A DNA stretch of 55,326 nt, the filler included, from Basidiobolus ranarum (Eukaryota): assembly GCA_040143965.1 (NCBI GenBank). It is 4 parts of 4 records of this genome, joined end to end, with 100 filler letters (N's around TTAATTAATTAA, not from the genome) between each part and the next. Parts side by side here need not be neighbours in the genome. Positions count along the whole stretch, not along the records: positions 41,595 to 55,326 come from JASJQH010000464.1; 3 more parts are not named here. One strand, 5' to 3'. Made by a program: the position numbers and the translations under genes. Under the pieces are notes generated by a model. The model worked only from the letters and a program-made list of their open reading frames with translations, did no database searches and had not been told where the DNA came from. Below are positions 41,595-52,588 of the stretch, one piece after another (the stretch's first letter is position 1; each line of letters opens with the position of its first letter).

Positions 41595-42182
41595 CTTCCA
41601 AAGTGAGTACAAGGGCTGAATATGATTCAGGGAGACCATTGATTATGGTAAGAATTATATCCATTTCAGGTACTTCATAATTCACTGATTCCAGTTGTTG
41701 GGCAAGTTTCTTGACACCATTTACATATGTCATAATATCTGAATCCTCAGACATACGAGAGTTTAAGAATTTTCTTCGTAGCATCATCAAGTGAGCAAGC
41801 CCTTTTTGCTCATGATGTTCCACTAGGATTTCCCATGCATTCTTGGCAGAGTCAGCATCTCTGACTAGCATAAGTTGTTGTGATCCCAGTCTTAGACATA
41901 TTTCCCTAAATACCAATCTGTCTTTTTCTTTGAGGGCTGACCTGGCTTCTTTACATGTTGGCTTCTTTGTTTAGTGTCAGAATCTGTACTTTCTTCTTCA
42001 GAAGTTTCTTCTTCTTTATCTGGTTGAACTACTTCCCAGACATATTTCCTTTCAAGCACAAGTTGCATCTTGAATTTCAATACAAGGAAATCTTCCCCAT
42101 TGAATGTTGGAATATTAGAAATCTCCTTTTGGGAAGAAGACTATAATTCACTTGCTGCTACCATGTTGGAGGATCTTGACAT
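41595..42182 (-). mobile_element. Degenerate Ty1/copia LTR-retrotransposon gag (early stop and frameshift), cut by contig end
   Basis: IPTFNGEDFLVLKFKMQLVLERKYVWEVV, then a frameshift near 41915 to ...VRDADSAKNAWEILVEHHE...LRRKFLNSRMSEDSDIMTYVNGVKKLAQQLESV...IINGLPESYSALVLTLE (copia gag pattern). TAG at codon 14; CpG-poor. Confidence 0.85.
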
Positions 42183-42600
42183 AATGGGGATAGACTTTGA
42201 GTATTAGAAGCAACTTTTGATAGTGTGTTTTAGTTACTTTATTCTTAAGAGCATATGGTGACTTATATAGTACAAAAGTAAATCAATTGTTTGAGATATT
42301 CAGGAGTTTGTTTAATAAGATATAATAGATAAGTGGGGGTAATAAGACATATGTGCTATATAGATATAGAGATATTCCTATTTAGAATATAGGGGCTATA
42401 GATATGTTGCTTTCTGTTTCTGATATATGTATCAAAACTAAAGTTAACTATGATGTTGAATAAAGATTAATTATCCAACACAAACAAACCTCCCAGATCA
42501 TTTGTTAGTTTGCATAAGTCTTGATTCTTTACTTCCAAAGCTATATAATTTGCATCTTGAACAGCAATGATACATCCTGACTTATCAAAATTGAATTTTA

Positions 42601-43105
42601 TGTTAAAGAATGTGGGAGCCTGTTTGAAGTGGTTTGGAGAATTAGAGAAATTAGTGGTTTTCACTTATTAATTTATTTGGTATTCAGTTGGCATATGTAT
42701 AGTTTTGTCAAGATGTAAACAAACTAATGTGTAGAATTTGTTAAGGAAGGTCCCAGGAACATGCGTGCAAATTTTGGGGCTTCTAGCACAGGTTATTCAA
42801 ATCCATTTAGTGTCAAACTTTTAAGTAAATTCCAATGTTGAATAATGGGTGATATCTTAGTTCAATATAGGATAACTACAACTTGAGTATTCAGTTGGCA
42901 TTTATAGTTTTGTCAAGATTTAAGCAAAATAATGTGTAGAATGTGTTAAGGAAGGTCCCAGAAACATGTGTGCAAAGTTTGGGGCTTCTAGCACAAGTTA
43001 TCAAAATCTATATATCTTCAAACTTCCAAGTAAATTCCTTATGAGAATAATGGAGAATATCTTAGTTCAATATAGGATAACTAAATACTAAGCTATATAT
43101 GACTA
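42601..43105. repeat. Two tandem ~205-bp units of the dispersed repeat also seen at 13160-13670
   Basis: GTATTCAGTTGGCAT...TAGTTTTGTCAAGAT...AAGGAAGGTCCCAG...TATCTTAGTTCAATATAGGATAACTA occurs twice (~42680-42880 and ~42887-43085). Confidence 0.85.
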
Positions 43106-44550
43106 TATAGGTGTTTAGGCAATGCTAATTTCAATAGTAATAAGATAAGACTAACGAGCTTGAAGAATTAACAATATTTTTCAATGTCACTGATTGCAAT
43201 CCAGAGCATCAGATACAGATCATCAGATACCAAATCTAATATATGCAAATCAAGCGGATGAAATATCATTTCTCTTATTGATTCCAATGGTTTTTAGAAT
43301 AATCCAAGCAGAGATAACCTCCAAGAAGTATGATAGGAATGTAACATGAAATCATTAGGCACCAGCTTGTTCAAATAGAAGGCTCAAAGAATCAGTGAAT
43401 TCTAAATTTGGGAAAGTGGCACTACAGATGGCAGAAATTATGGAAATTATACTACCACTGACTCACTAGATTCCACGAGAGTGAAACATCAAGCCGATCA
43501 AGAATACAGAACAAATGATCTAGCAGAGTGTTGATTATTTTGATCAGGTGCTAGTGAGGAATGGTTATTTACAATATGGGGACAATTTTATGAAACGAAG
43601 ACATTCTATACTTTCCAACTATGATAGTTGCTTATTGTCCCAAATTGATACACACTATCACTTAAAATCGTCAGTTTTAGCCCACATCCGAGCCAGTATG
43701 GGATCACTGATTTACTAGATCTGAGTGTAAACATCGCGCTATAGTATGTTAGACTAAATAATCGAGTGGTACATAAGCAGAGTAACGAACAATAATGAGC
43801 AATACTAGACGCAATCACACGTTAACTTTATCTTTACTGGCCAACACTTAGGGTTTAACCATCTTCTTTAACAAGGTTTGATGGAGAGATCGTTATTGAG
43901 TTTGTGTATCTGAATTCAGTGCTTTCATTAGATTAACTTCATGCTTATATATATATTATACAATAAGCAACAAAAGCCTGGTCATTTTCCGTTCGATTCT
44001 CGGAACATTCTCGATCACGTTGTCGCCTGTGGTTGAGCTAAACATGAAAACCATACCACCTTACCATTTCGCAGCCAATTGGATAAGGGGGTGTTTCTAG
44101 TAAAATTTAGATGTTTGTGAGTGATGTAATGGTTATCTTTCAGCCAAACATTATAGCAGTGAGATCACTTCTTTGTTGTCTTGATTTCGATAGCTAAACC
44201 ACCACGCTGTCCTTACCCTCACGCCGTACATCACACACCACATCCCGTGGAATTTCTATTTAATATCCAAGCTACCTACGCTGTTCTCACTACCCTTTAT
44301 GCAACCAATGTCAGTGGCCCTTCTCTTTATTAATAAAATTTTTCCTAGCATCTTAAACCTATTAAATGACCAAGAAGGTAAAACCGATCCTATGGCGAAT
44401 ACTGTCCGATGTGGAAAATGCTGACATCTTCGTTAAATCAGAAGACCATTTGAAAGTTTATTTGCCTGAAGTATAACTGGGAAATGTTGAAGGTTATATA
44501 AGTGTGGTGCAACCGTGTTCACTGCCATTCAAATCCCCCTTCACATCATA

Positions 44551-45573
44551 ATGCAGTTATTCTCCTCTGTCATCTTACTCTACCTCTGTGCGTCTCCGAC
44601 CTATGCTCAAGATGCCTCAAAGAATATTGTAGACAACATAGCTGGAAATACAAATCTGAAGACTCTGGGCTCATTGGTGTCAAATCAACAATATGCTGCC
44701 ATTAGAACACTTCTTAGTGGTGCAGGTCCCTTCACGGTATTTGCCCCCACAGATGATGCCCTTAATGCTGCTAAATTAGACACAAATAACTCTACCTTAA
44801 TCACCAATATCTTGCGGTATCACGTGATCTCGGGGAGAACTACGAGTGGGGATATTCCGGACAAGGGTTGGGTATTTCCCAGAACTTTACTGGATGACCG
44901 ACAATATGTTCACCTACCCAACAATGCACCACAAGTACTCGCCATCAGCAGAGACGGTAGCAAAGTAACCGTTGGTTATGGCACCAAGAATGCCACAGTT
45001 ACTCAAGCTGATCAATCAGCTTCCAACGGAGTAATTCATATTATCGACCAGGTACTCATGCCCCCAGTGTCCCCTGGTGATACCGCTAAGGATGCTGGCT
45101 TGAACACCTTGGTGAGTGAGATAACCAAGACCAACATCGCCCAACCAATTAACGGACTACAAGGAGTTACCATTTTTGCACCCAATGATGCAGCTTTCGC
45201 AGCGGCCAAGTTAGATAGTGTATCCAATGATCAATTGAACAATCTGATCAAATATCATATCGTCACCCCAGCTGTACTGTATTCCACCAATCTCACCGAT
45301 GGTACTTCATTCACCTCCGGTCAAGGGGCAAGATTGAATATTCACACCAAAGATGGGAATCTTTACGTAAATAACGCCAGAATTGTCACTCCGAATGTTC
45401 TTACGAACAATGGGGTAGTCCATGTCATTGATGCCGTACTGAATCCCAATGAAACAACTTTACTACCTGGTGCCACCGGCTCCACTGGAAGGGGTAATGA
45501 CGCATCCAACTTATCCGGGATCACCTTTGTTTCCCTGGCCCTTGCCTTGGTAGCAGCCATCCAATTATTCTAA
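44551..45573 (+). CDS. Secreted, probably GPI-anchored fasciclin protein with two FAS1 domains
   Basis: Signal MQLFSSVILLYLCASPTYA; FTVFAPTDDA...LRYHVI...NGVIHIIDQVL and VTIFAPNDAAF...IKYHIV...NGVVHVIDAVL; C-terminal NDAS plus hydrophobic tail; TATATAAG about 55 nt upstream. Confidence 0.93.
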   Translation: MQLFSSVILLYLCASPTYAQDASKNIVDNIAGNTNLKTLGSLVSNQQYAAIRTLLSGAGPFTVFAPTDDALNAAKLDTNNSTLITNILRYHVISGRTTSGDIPDKGWVFPRTLLDDRQYVHLPNNAPQVLAISRDGSKVTVGYGTKNATVTQADQSASNGVIHIIDQVLMPPVSPGDTAKDAGLNTLVSEITKTNIAQPINGLQGVTIFAPNDAAFAAAKLDSVSNDQLNNLIKYHIVTPAVLYSTNLTDGTSFTSGQGARLNIHTKDGNLYVNNARIVTPNVLTNNGVVHVIDAVLNPNETTLLPGATGSTGRGNDASNLSGITFVSLALALVAAIQLF

Positions 45574-45681
45574 AGCAAAATAAGAGTATTTTTCACAACA
45601 ATAAAGGGATTTATTAATGATATAATTGTTTTACAACGGTAGGGTGAAATACGGTAGGGTGAAATGAAATGATGCAGAGAA

Positions 45682-47113
45682 TTAGAAGAAATATGGGAAT
45701 AGCTTCCATGGGACGAGTTTACAATATTCATCCCAGTATTTTCCATATTTGCCACCACAACGGGTATGATCACGTTGAATCCGGTGGACCAATAAGATGA
45801 ACATATAAATGACATAAAAGTGGGGTAAAAGATGCTCAAAACCACAGCAGAAACAGAAAGCTGCACACATCAACAGATCACCAACATAGTTGAAATGACG
45901 GGAAATACCCCAATAACCTGAGGTAAGAAGGATGCTGGTATGCTTCTTGCCATCACTGGTGGTGTAATTAGCACGAATCACACGAGCGGGTTTACCCCAG
46001 ATCATGTTTTTACCATCACATTTGCGTGTGACATCCTTTTGGTTGTTGACAGTACGGAAAATATAGTATCCGAACATGCCAGCTGCTAAGAGCAGACTGA
46101 AGCTGAATGTACTCAAATCAACTGGGTTACGGACCAAATAGTGTGATTGTAAAGTGTACATGAATGGAAGCCAGACTGAATCTCCCCAGGCAAGATAGAA
46201 TCCAAAGTGATCGTGGGCAATATCAATGGTACGAAGATACCAGTCTTCGTGGTAGAAGAAATCTACAACATATACAGCATGGAGGAAGTTCAAAAGGATC
46301 ATGGAGTTGGTAACATAACCAATGGCCTGGTACTGAGCGGCAGCGAAAGAGAAATTAATCATAGTCCAGGCAACAATACCAGGACGTCCGTTGTGGAAAA
46401 GTTTGAAGTCGAAATATTTCCCGAAGCGAGGGTTTAATTCGATGCCCATGACCAAGTCATAGAAGAAGTAACCAGAGAATTTACGGTCTTCTGAGTGGGA
46501 GGGGGCCAAGTGAGCCTTAATGAAGCAGAAGATGGTGAGGAAGTAGCCATAAACGTTAACGGCGATAAGAATTCCTCCCCAGTTGTCGTGAATCACACTG
46601 GCAGGGAATAAGCCAAAGGCCAATGAACCACCAATGAAGAGAGCATGCGAGACAACCCAAGCAAACAATCCATTGACCTTGTAAGGTAAAAGATGGCCAG
46701 CGGGTGTCATTTGACCAAAGCCAATTTTGCATGGAAGAACCACGTTGAGGAAAGCTTGGAACAACAACCAGCTAAAGAACAGCTTGAATCCAGCGGCAGT
46801 AGGGACAGGAATCAATTTTTCCCAGAAGAAATTCTTTACAGCCTCAAGTGTAAAGTTTTGAGCACTCAACTCAACGATTGGGGCGTAGAGAGAGCAGGAG
46901 TAGTAGGTGCATGATGACCAGAAGTATAACACCATGATGGGACAAAATAAGAAAATACAAGCACAAATCAAGTTGGTAAGAGGAGTGACATCTAAGGAAT
47001 AATCAAAGTCAGATAATTGCAAGGAATATCAATAGAAAAGCATAAAAATTACCTCTGTCTCTACCCCAGGTTTTCCCTACTTGAGAATGGGCTGACTTGG
47101 CTTTTACCGTCAT
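45682..47113 (-). CDS. DHCR7: Sterol delta-7 reductase (7-dehydrocholesterol reductase), 456 aa; exons 47113-47053, 46991-45682
   Basis: N-terminal KTWGRDR|DVT; DFKLFHNGRPGIVAWTMINFSFAA, DFFYHEDWYLRTIDIAHDHFGFYLAWGD, LLTSGYWGISRHFNYVGD, KYGKYWDEYC. These are DHCR7-type rather than ERG24/ERG4-type variants. Confidence 0.9.
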
Positions 47114-47747
47114 GGTTCAATAGATGTGCGAAGAAAGAACGAAGCTACAATCAGGCAATAGCTTGGTATTTAAGTAATGTGGAATGGGCAGCCCTGAATA
47201 TAACAATTAACTAGTATTACACGAAGTTCAACATTTACCCAATGGTTACTATTAATACTATTTGGTAGAACCATCATATATTGGAAATGATGGATGTTTC
47301 TTCTTCAAAAGGCATAGTTTGATCTCAAGGATTACGAGGGAATTTAACTGTGTGCTGTCTAATTTTGTAAGCATGTATCCTAATTAATCAGTGCGTACCT
47401 TCTTTTGTCACTCAATTTTCGAGGTACTTTCCTAAAGACTTCTTCTCGATAGATTTGCTACTGTATATAGATTTGATTAAACTGGATATTCTAAAAATCC
47501 CTAGTACTTGTACTTTCCAAGGATATACTCAAAATCGTCTTTCAGCGCCGAGGAAACGCCGTATTGTCTTCTAGTTGATGAACAATGCGCAAATTAAAAC
47601 TGCTAAATTACAGTTGCTCTAGGCTCATCATCGGTATACGCATTATTGAGCCGAATCGCCTTTGGAAATGAAACTGCCAAGCAAAGTCATCTGATCATAT
47701 CCAAATTATCTCCATGGTATCTCTAGATAAGCTAAAAAGTCTATATT

Positions 47748-47779
47748 GTAGCGAATCAGTAGCGAATCAGTAGCGAATC
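47748..47779. repeat. Short tandem repeat (GTAGCGAATCA) x ~3
   Basis: gtagcgaatca gtagcgaatca gtagcgaatc seen directly. Confidence 0.8.
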
Positions 47780-50439
47780 TAGCCCGATGGTTGGCTAATG
47801 ATAAAAATTCCAATAATGAGTTAAATTTACCAAACCCAAAGTATGAACCTACTGTGCTACCATTATCGTCACGTGAATGTAACCCAATAACCCTATCATT
47901 ATAACCCTAACCCTTAACCCTTTCTTTGCGCAGGATAACCTCCTTAATCTACTAACCCCGAGGAATCCCTCTTCCATGAAAAAGAAGTTCAAAACCTGTT
48001 GGTTTCCAAGCACAACACAACTCATTTGAAGTGGAGCATGAGATGCAAGGCTGAGATACAAATTTAGGTAAAATGAGCATACTAAATGAAATTTCATTAT
48101 AAACTATCCCACATATGTAAAATATACTAGAACTGATACATTTTATGATTATTACAAGAACTGGGATTTGTAGTCAAGGCCTATTACAACAAGAGCTCAT
48201 AGATAAGGCCCATTATAACAAGAACTGGAATTCGTAGCCAAGGTTCATTACCACTATACATTAGAAAAGATTACGAGTAGGAGATAAGGCAAATTATGTC
48301 TATATATATAAAATATGACTACTGATGATCTTTAAAATAGAATTGGTGAAACTGGTAAGCTCTGTGCTGGTATTCCACAGTAACTTCAAACTCTATGATA
48401 TTGGCTAGCGTTCTTCATGTTGTATGACATTTACTTGATCACCAGCAATATGTTAACACAAGGTTCTGGTAATAAATGCTAAATGGTTCCGTTAAATGCT
48501 TTGGTTGAAACCATTCGATGTCAAGGGGGTCACAGTAATCAATTTTAAGGTTAATCAAGCGATATTTGATAAGTAATGTATTGCAAATATCATTCCATAT
48601 TTCCACAATAGTTTCAGGCGCTTTCGTAACTGTTCCATTTATACTTGGGCGCACACATTCGATGCAGCTTGCCGGAGAATTGATTCGCTATCTTCCATTA
48701 TAACAAACTATCAATCAAGATCTCTGACCTTGTGATCCATTCCTAGAGTAGTTTCAAACAATGGAATAGTTAGCTGTCCAGTGAACGAGCATCTTTTATT
48801 AATCTGGATAATAATGTCTCACAACATCAACTATCGCTTTCTCCCTCCTTTCCCCTCTATATCGAGAATGGAGAAGGTTTGTAAAGAGACATCTCCACCA
48901 GCTCCCACCCTCGTCGCAAATAAGCTAATAGGTTGAGCCAGGTGGGAAAATGATTAACTGAAATCTCATCGCCGAATCCTACAATGATCCAGATTTGTAC
49001 AGTATTCCAGTTCTTTTGTTTCCGGAATGGGATTTTCTTGGCATTTCTGAGGTTCACAAAGACAACAACGGCTTATCCTATCTGATTTCGGATATCACTC
49101 TTACACCAGTTTTGGGAAAAGCAATCATGGATCCGACAGCGTGTGGCTGAAGATCAGCCAATGTATTATTCTAATAACCAAATGGTGGGATTGCGATATT
49201 TGTTGAGGCGAAAGAGGCAGCTACATGGAACAATCTTCATCGATAAACCGACTGGCAATAGGAAAAGTTTGAATAGGTTTGAAAAAGTGGACTGATTTAA
49301 AACATCCGCTTTTGGAAGTTGCGTGTTTGATCCACTGGCCCCTACCTCCTATACTAAAGTAGAAATCATAACATCCCTTACCATGCGTGGGCGAATGTCT
49401 GAGTACTTATATGGGCTATCGCTTGGATTACCCATAAACATCATTGATTCAAGCTGGATGGAGTATGGCCCATCTCCTGTAGCCCATAACCCGTAGCCTA
49501 TCCCGCATTTCTATTGAGTTACTATTGTATGTGCAGTAATGGTGCAGTGTGGTGTAGACGTAGGTGTAGGTGTATTGTAACTGATGGTGATCTCTATGCT
49601 GGCAACTCGTATGGACCCAGATCCCAAATCAGTTCAAGATATGTATGAATCCATTTATTTGACGTGTAGCAGTTGTTTGTTGCATATTAAACGTTAAAAG
49701 AGGTTGACAACAGGTTTGTCCAGCTAATTTTAGAGATGTGCCCATGAATTGACGCCTGATCAAGATAAAGTTGCTTCACCGTAGTATGCTATGTTGAACC
49801 CCAGCCTCGGCTCTTGGGAACATAGTGTTGTTCCAATATCTAAATCCAGCCTCGTCCATTTTTGTACTATGAGCAATGCACTCTTCCGCGCCATTCCTAT
49901 TCATTCGATTCCCTTCGATTCTTAAGCGTCATTTATCTGGTTTATAGCTCAGCTAGTTCTATGAAACCTGTTAGGTGCTGAGGACATTCAAGCGACTCCC
50001 ATTACTTGTTGCCTGAGTAAGAGGGAGCTTGAACATAGATTAAAGCCAGCTGTAGGCAAGTAATTTATTTGCATTCTTGGCGTCGACTGCTGCTATTCTA
50101 TGGCTAGTTTATGATCATAATATGCTGTAGATGAATATGGTACCGAGTTTTCTATTAATAATTAATCTAGAAACTGAAGCTATCCAGAATATATTGTTAG
50201 TAAGCCAATCACTGCCAGGATCCGTAGCCAAAGTCCATTGCAACGCCGATGTTCCGATTTAGGTATGAGCAGGGTGCCCAATTTGTGATCGGCCACTATT
50301 CTGTTTGGTCACTATTCAGGCTCGTGATTCCATGATTGAGGTAGAACTACTGGCTACTAGGGTAAAACTGGCGTCATGGAAAAAACATACAAATACCAAA
50401 CCTCCCCACTTAACTTCTCGAGTACTAGATTGTTATTTT

Positions 50440-51327
50440 ATGCTTTCCACAAACGATTTGCATTCGACCGATTGCTCCAAACCCACTTCCCCACCCATCA
50501 TGCTACCACTCCCACGTCCCTGTCCCCCAGAAGCTCGTGTTTTCGACGCACCCTATCCTGCTACCGCTCAAAAATCCGATTCTGTTTGTCGAGAATCCCC
50601 ATCCCACGACCATTGCGTTCCAATTTCACCCGACCATTCCTCTTTTTCTCTCTCCCCCCTATCATCACCTGTAAGCGACTCATTCTCGTTTGAACACTCA
50701 CCCAGTGACTCAGTTGACAAACATATTTCGAACAAAAGGCCCACTTCGCAAAGAACATTCGTTCTTCCGCCCATATCAGATATAGAGAGATTTAAGTCTG
50801 AAAATGTATCATTCAACAATGCCCCTCTCTGTCGCTTACACGATGCCCCCGAGGACTCCGAAGCCTTTAAAGATATCAGAATCCCGTCACTCAAGGATTT
50901 GGATGAGACATTGGCCCTCAATGAGGAGCACATGAGTAAGCGTCCGAGATACATGTCCAGTCAAACCTTCCGCTTTGTTCATTGCACCCCCAAATCCTCA
51001 GCCATCTTGAACTTTCCTCTCACACCAGAGGTGGAGCAATATACCACCCCACCAGAGATCGACCCAACGCCTATTACCATAAGCGAGCCAAAACCGACTG
51101 TCAGCACTTTGACCTCTTGCCAACGGGTGATCAAAGTAGAGAAGACACCTGGAGAAACGAACAATACATGCCATTTCTGCTCGAGAAGCTTCAAACGGAA
51201 GCATGATCTTCAACGACATATTCGTCTACATACGGGGGAAAGACCTTACAAGTGTAACATGTGTCAACGAAGTTTCTCGAGAACCGATGCATTGCGTAGA
51301 CACTATTCCCTAGAACACAAATGTTGA
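50440..51327 (+). CDS. C2H2 zinc-finger transcription factor (two C-terminal fingers), intronless
   Basis: First in-frame ATG at 50440; CHFCSRSFKRKHDLQRHIRLHTGERPYKCNMCQRSFSRTDALRRHYSLEH; Ser/Pro-rich N-terminus with LPPISDI and IPSLKDL motifs. Confidence 0.9.
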   Translation: MLSTNDLHSTDCSKPTSPPIMLPLPRPCPPEARVFDAPYPATAQKSDSVCRESPSHDHCVPISPDHSSFSLSPLSSPVSDSFSFEHSPSDSVDKHISNKRPTSQRTFVLPPISDIERFKSENVSFNNAPLCRLHDAPEDSEAFKDIRIPSLKDLDETLALNEEHMSKRPRYMSSQTFRFVHCTPKSSAILNFPLTPEVEQYTTPPEIDPTPITISEPKPTVSTLTSCQRVIKVEKTPGETNNTCHFCSRSFKRKHDLQRHIRLHTGERPYKCNMCQRSFSRTDALRRHYSLEHKC

Positions 51328-52588
51328 TCATCTCGCATGTGAACTCTAACCAAAATTCCTTCCATCCTTCCGCTTATATCATGAAGTACATAGTCTTCGT
51401 TTTGATCCTCTATTTACCCAATATTTCCTACATGCTACATGCAAGTATACCACACACACTCTTTCCTTCACTGTAATTATGTATAATTTACAGAGTGACT
51501 TTCCCTACCGAAAGTTGCTCTTCTCAACCATTATTTTTCCAATTTTCCATATAATCATCCGTATCATAGATAGCTATATTATTCCTTTTGTCAAGAACGA
51601 GAACCAGTCTCTATTAAAATCGATTTATTAATCGGGAAACAATAACTCATGGACATGCCCAACCATTGAATAGTACGTTGAATCATTTCATAATATCTTG
51701 GCAGCTGTAGGATCTGGATCGTTCGTTGCATTCCTGTTCCTGTTAGATGTGGTTGAAAGGGACTTGCCATCAATTATCTTAATTGCTCCACTACCTTTGT
51801 CACACGTGAGGAGCGTCGGCGAAGGAACAAATTGAGATAAAGTTTCCGTGCCTATAGCATTCGTAGTAGTATGGCATCCGTAATATGAATGCTCAATCCA
51901 GTATACTAGCCCGGTTTGTTTAATCTGTAGACAAAATTTCCTATTCTGGATGTAACGGGTTCGGGTAATTATGGATATGAGCTATTAAGGTAGGTGAGTG
52001 TATAGGTGGGCGTATTGGAAGAATCATTTCAAACAATGTACATATATATTCGCAGGATGGATACCCGACACTGGATATGTATTCGCTGGAAGAAGGATAG
52101 CCCATGCTTATGCTGATTAACTCTTCTATCGAATCTTCCCTGTCTCTGACCTGCTTATGGCTTGTTCTATGTATATACCAGCAAGAATGTAAGATGGTCA
52201 CTCCAAACATAAACAAGGATTGCTTCCATCTTATCCTTTTTAAGTAAGCTGTTCTTTAACAAACAACTCCCTCATCAACCCACCCTCTACTTGCAAGTCC
52301 TCCTTTACAGATTGGTATAGCTAAAAGTTCATGTGATAAGTGAGGTTGTATTTTCCTGTTTCCAGTTGCCCTTAGTTGCCCCCGATATTATATTATTAAT
52401 TTGCTCCTTCAGATTTTATGAACTTTAATTCCCATCTGACTCATGATGACTATTTCTAGGCTGATCAATTATCTAATGTAAATTTAATCACCCACATTAG
52501 GTTGAATTTCCTCTTTTTCTCCTGGTCAATAGATCCACCATATATTACATTAGTTATTCTTCCAAGGTTATTGAAGAACGTTTTAGAT

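Noticed and set aside
43221-43232. Possible tRNA-Met primer-binding site (minus strand TGGTATCTGATG) for the copia element
   Set aside because: Only a partial match to TGGTATCAGAGC and not preceded by an LTR-ending CA.
47903-47920. Telomere-like TAACCC units (also TTAGGGTTAGGG near 14192)
   Set aside because: Only two to three imperfect units and internal to contigs; compatible with chance.
48145-48250. Degenerate short repeats (ATTA..ACAAGAACTGG.ATT.GTAG.CAAGG), superficially CRISPR-like
   Set aside because: Two to three divergent units with no unique spacers, eukaryotic context, no cas genes.
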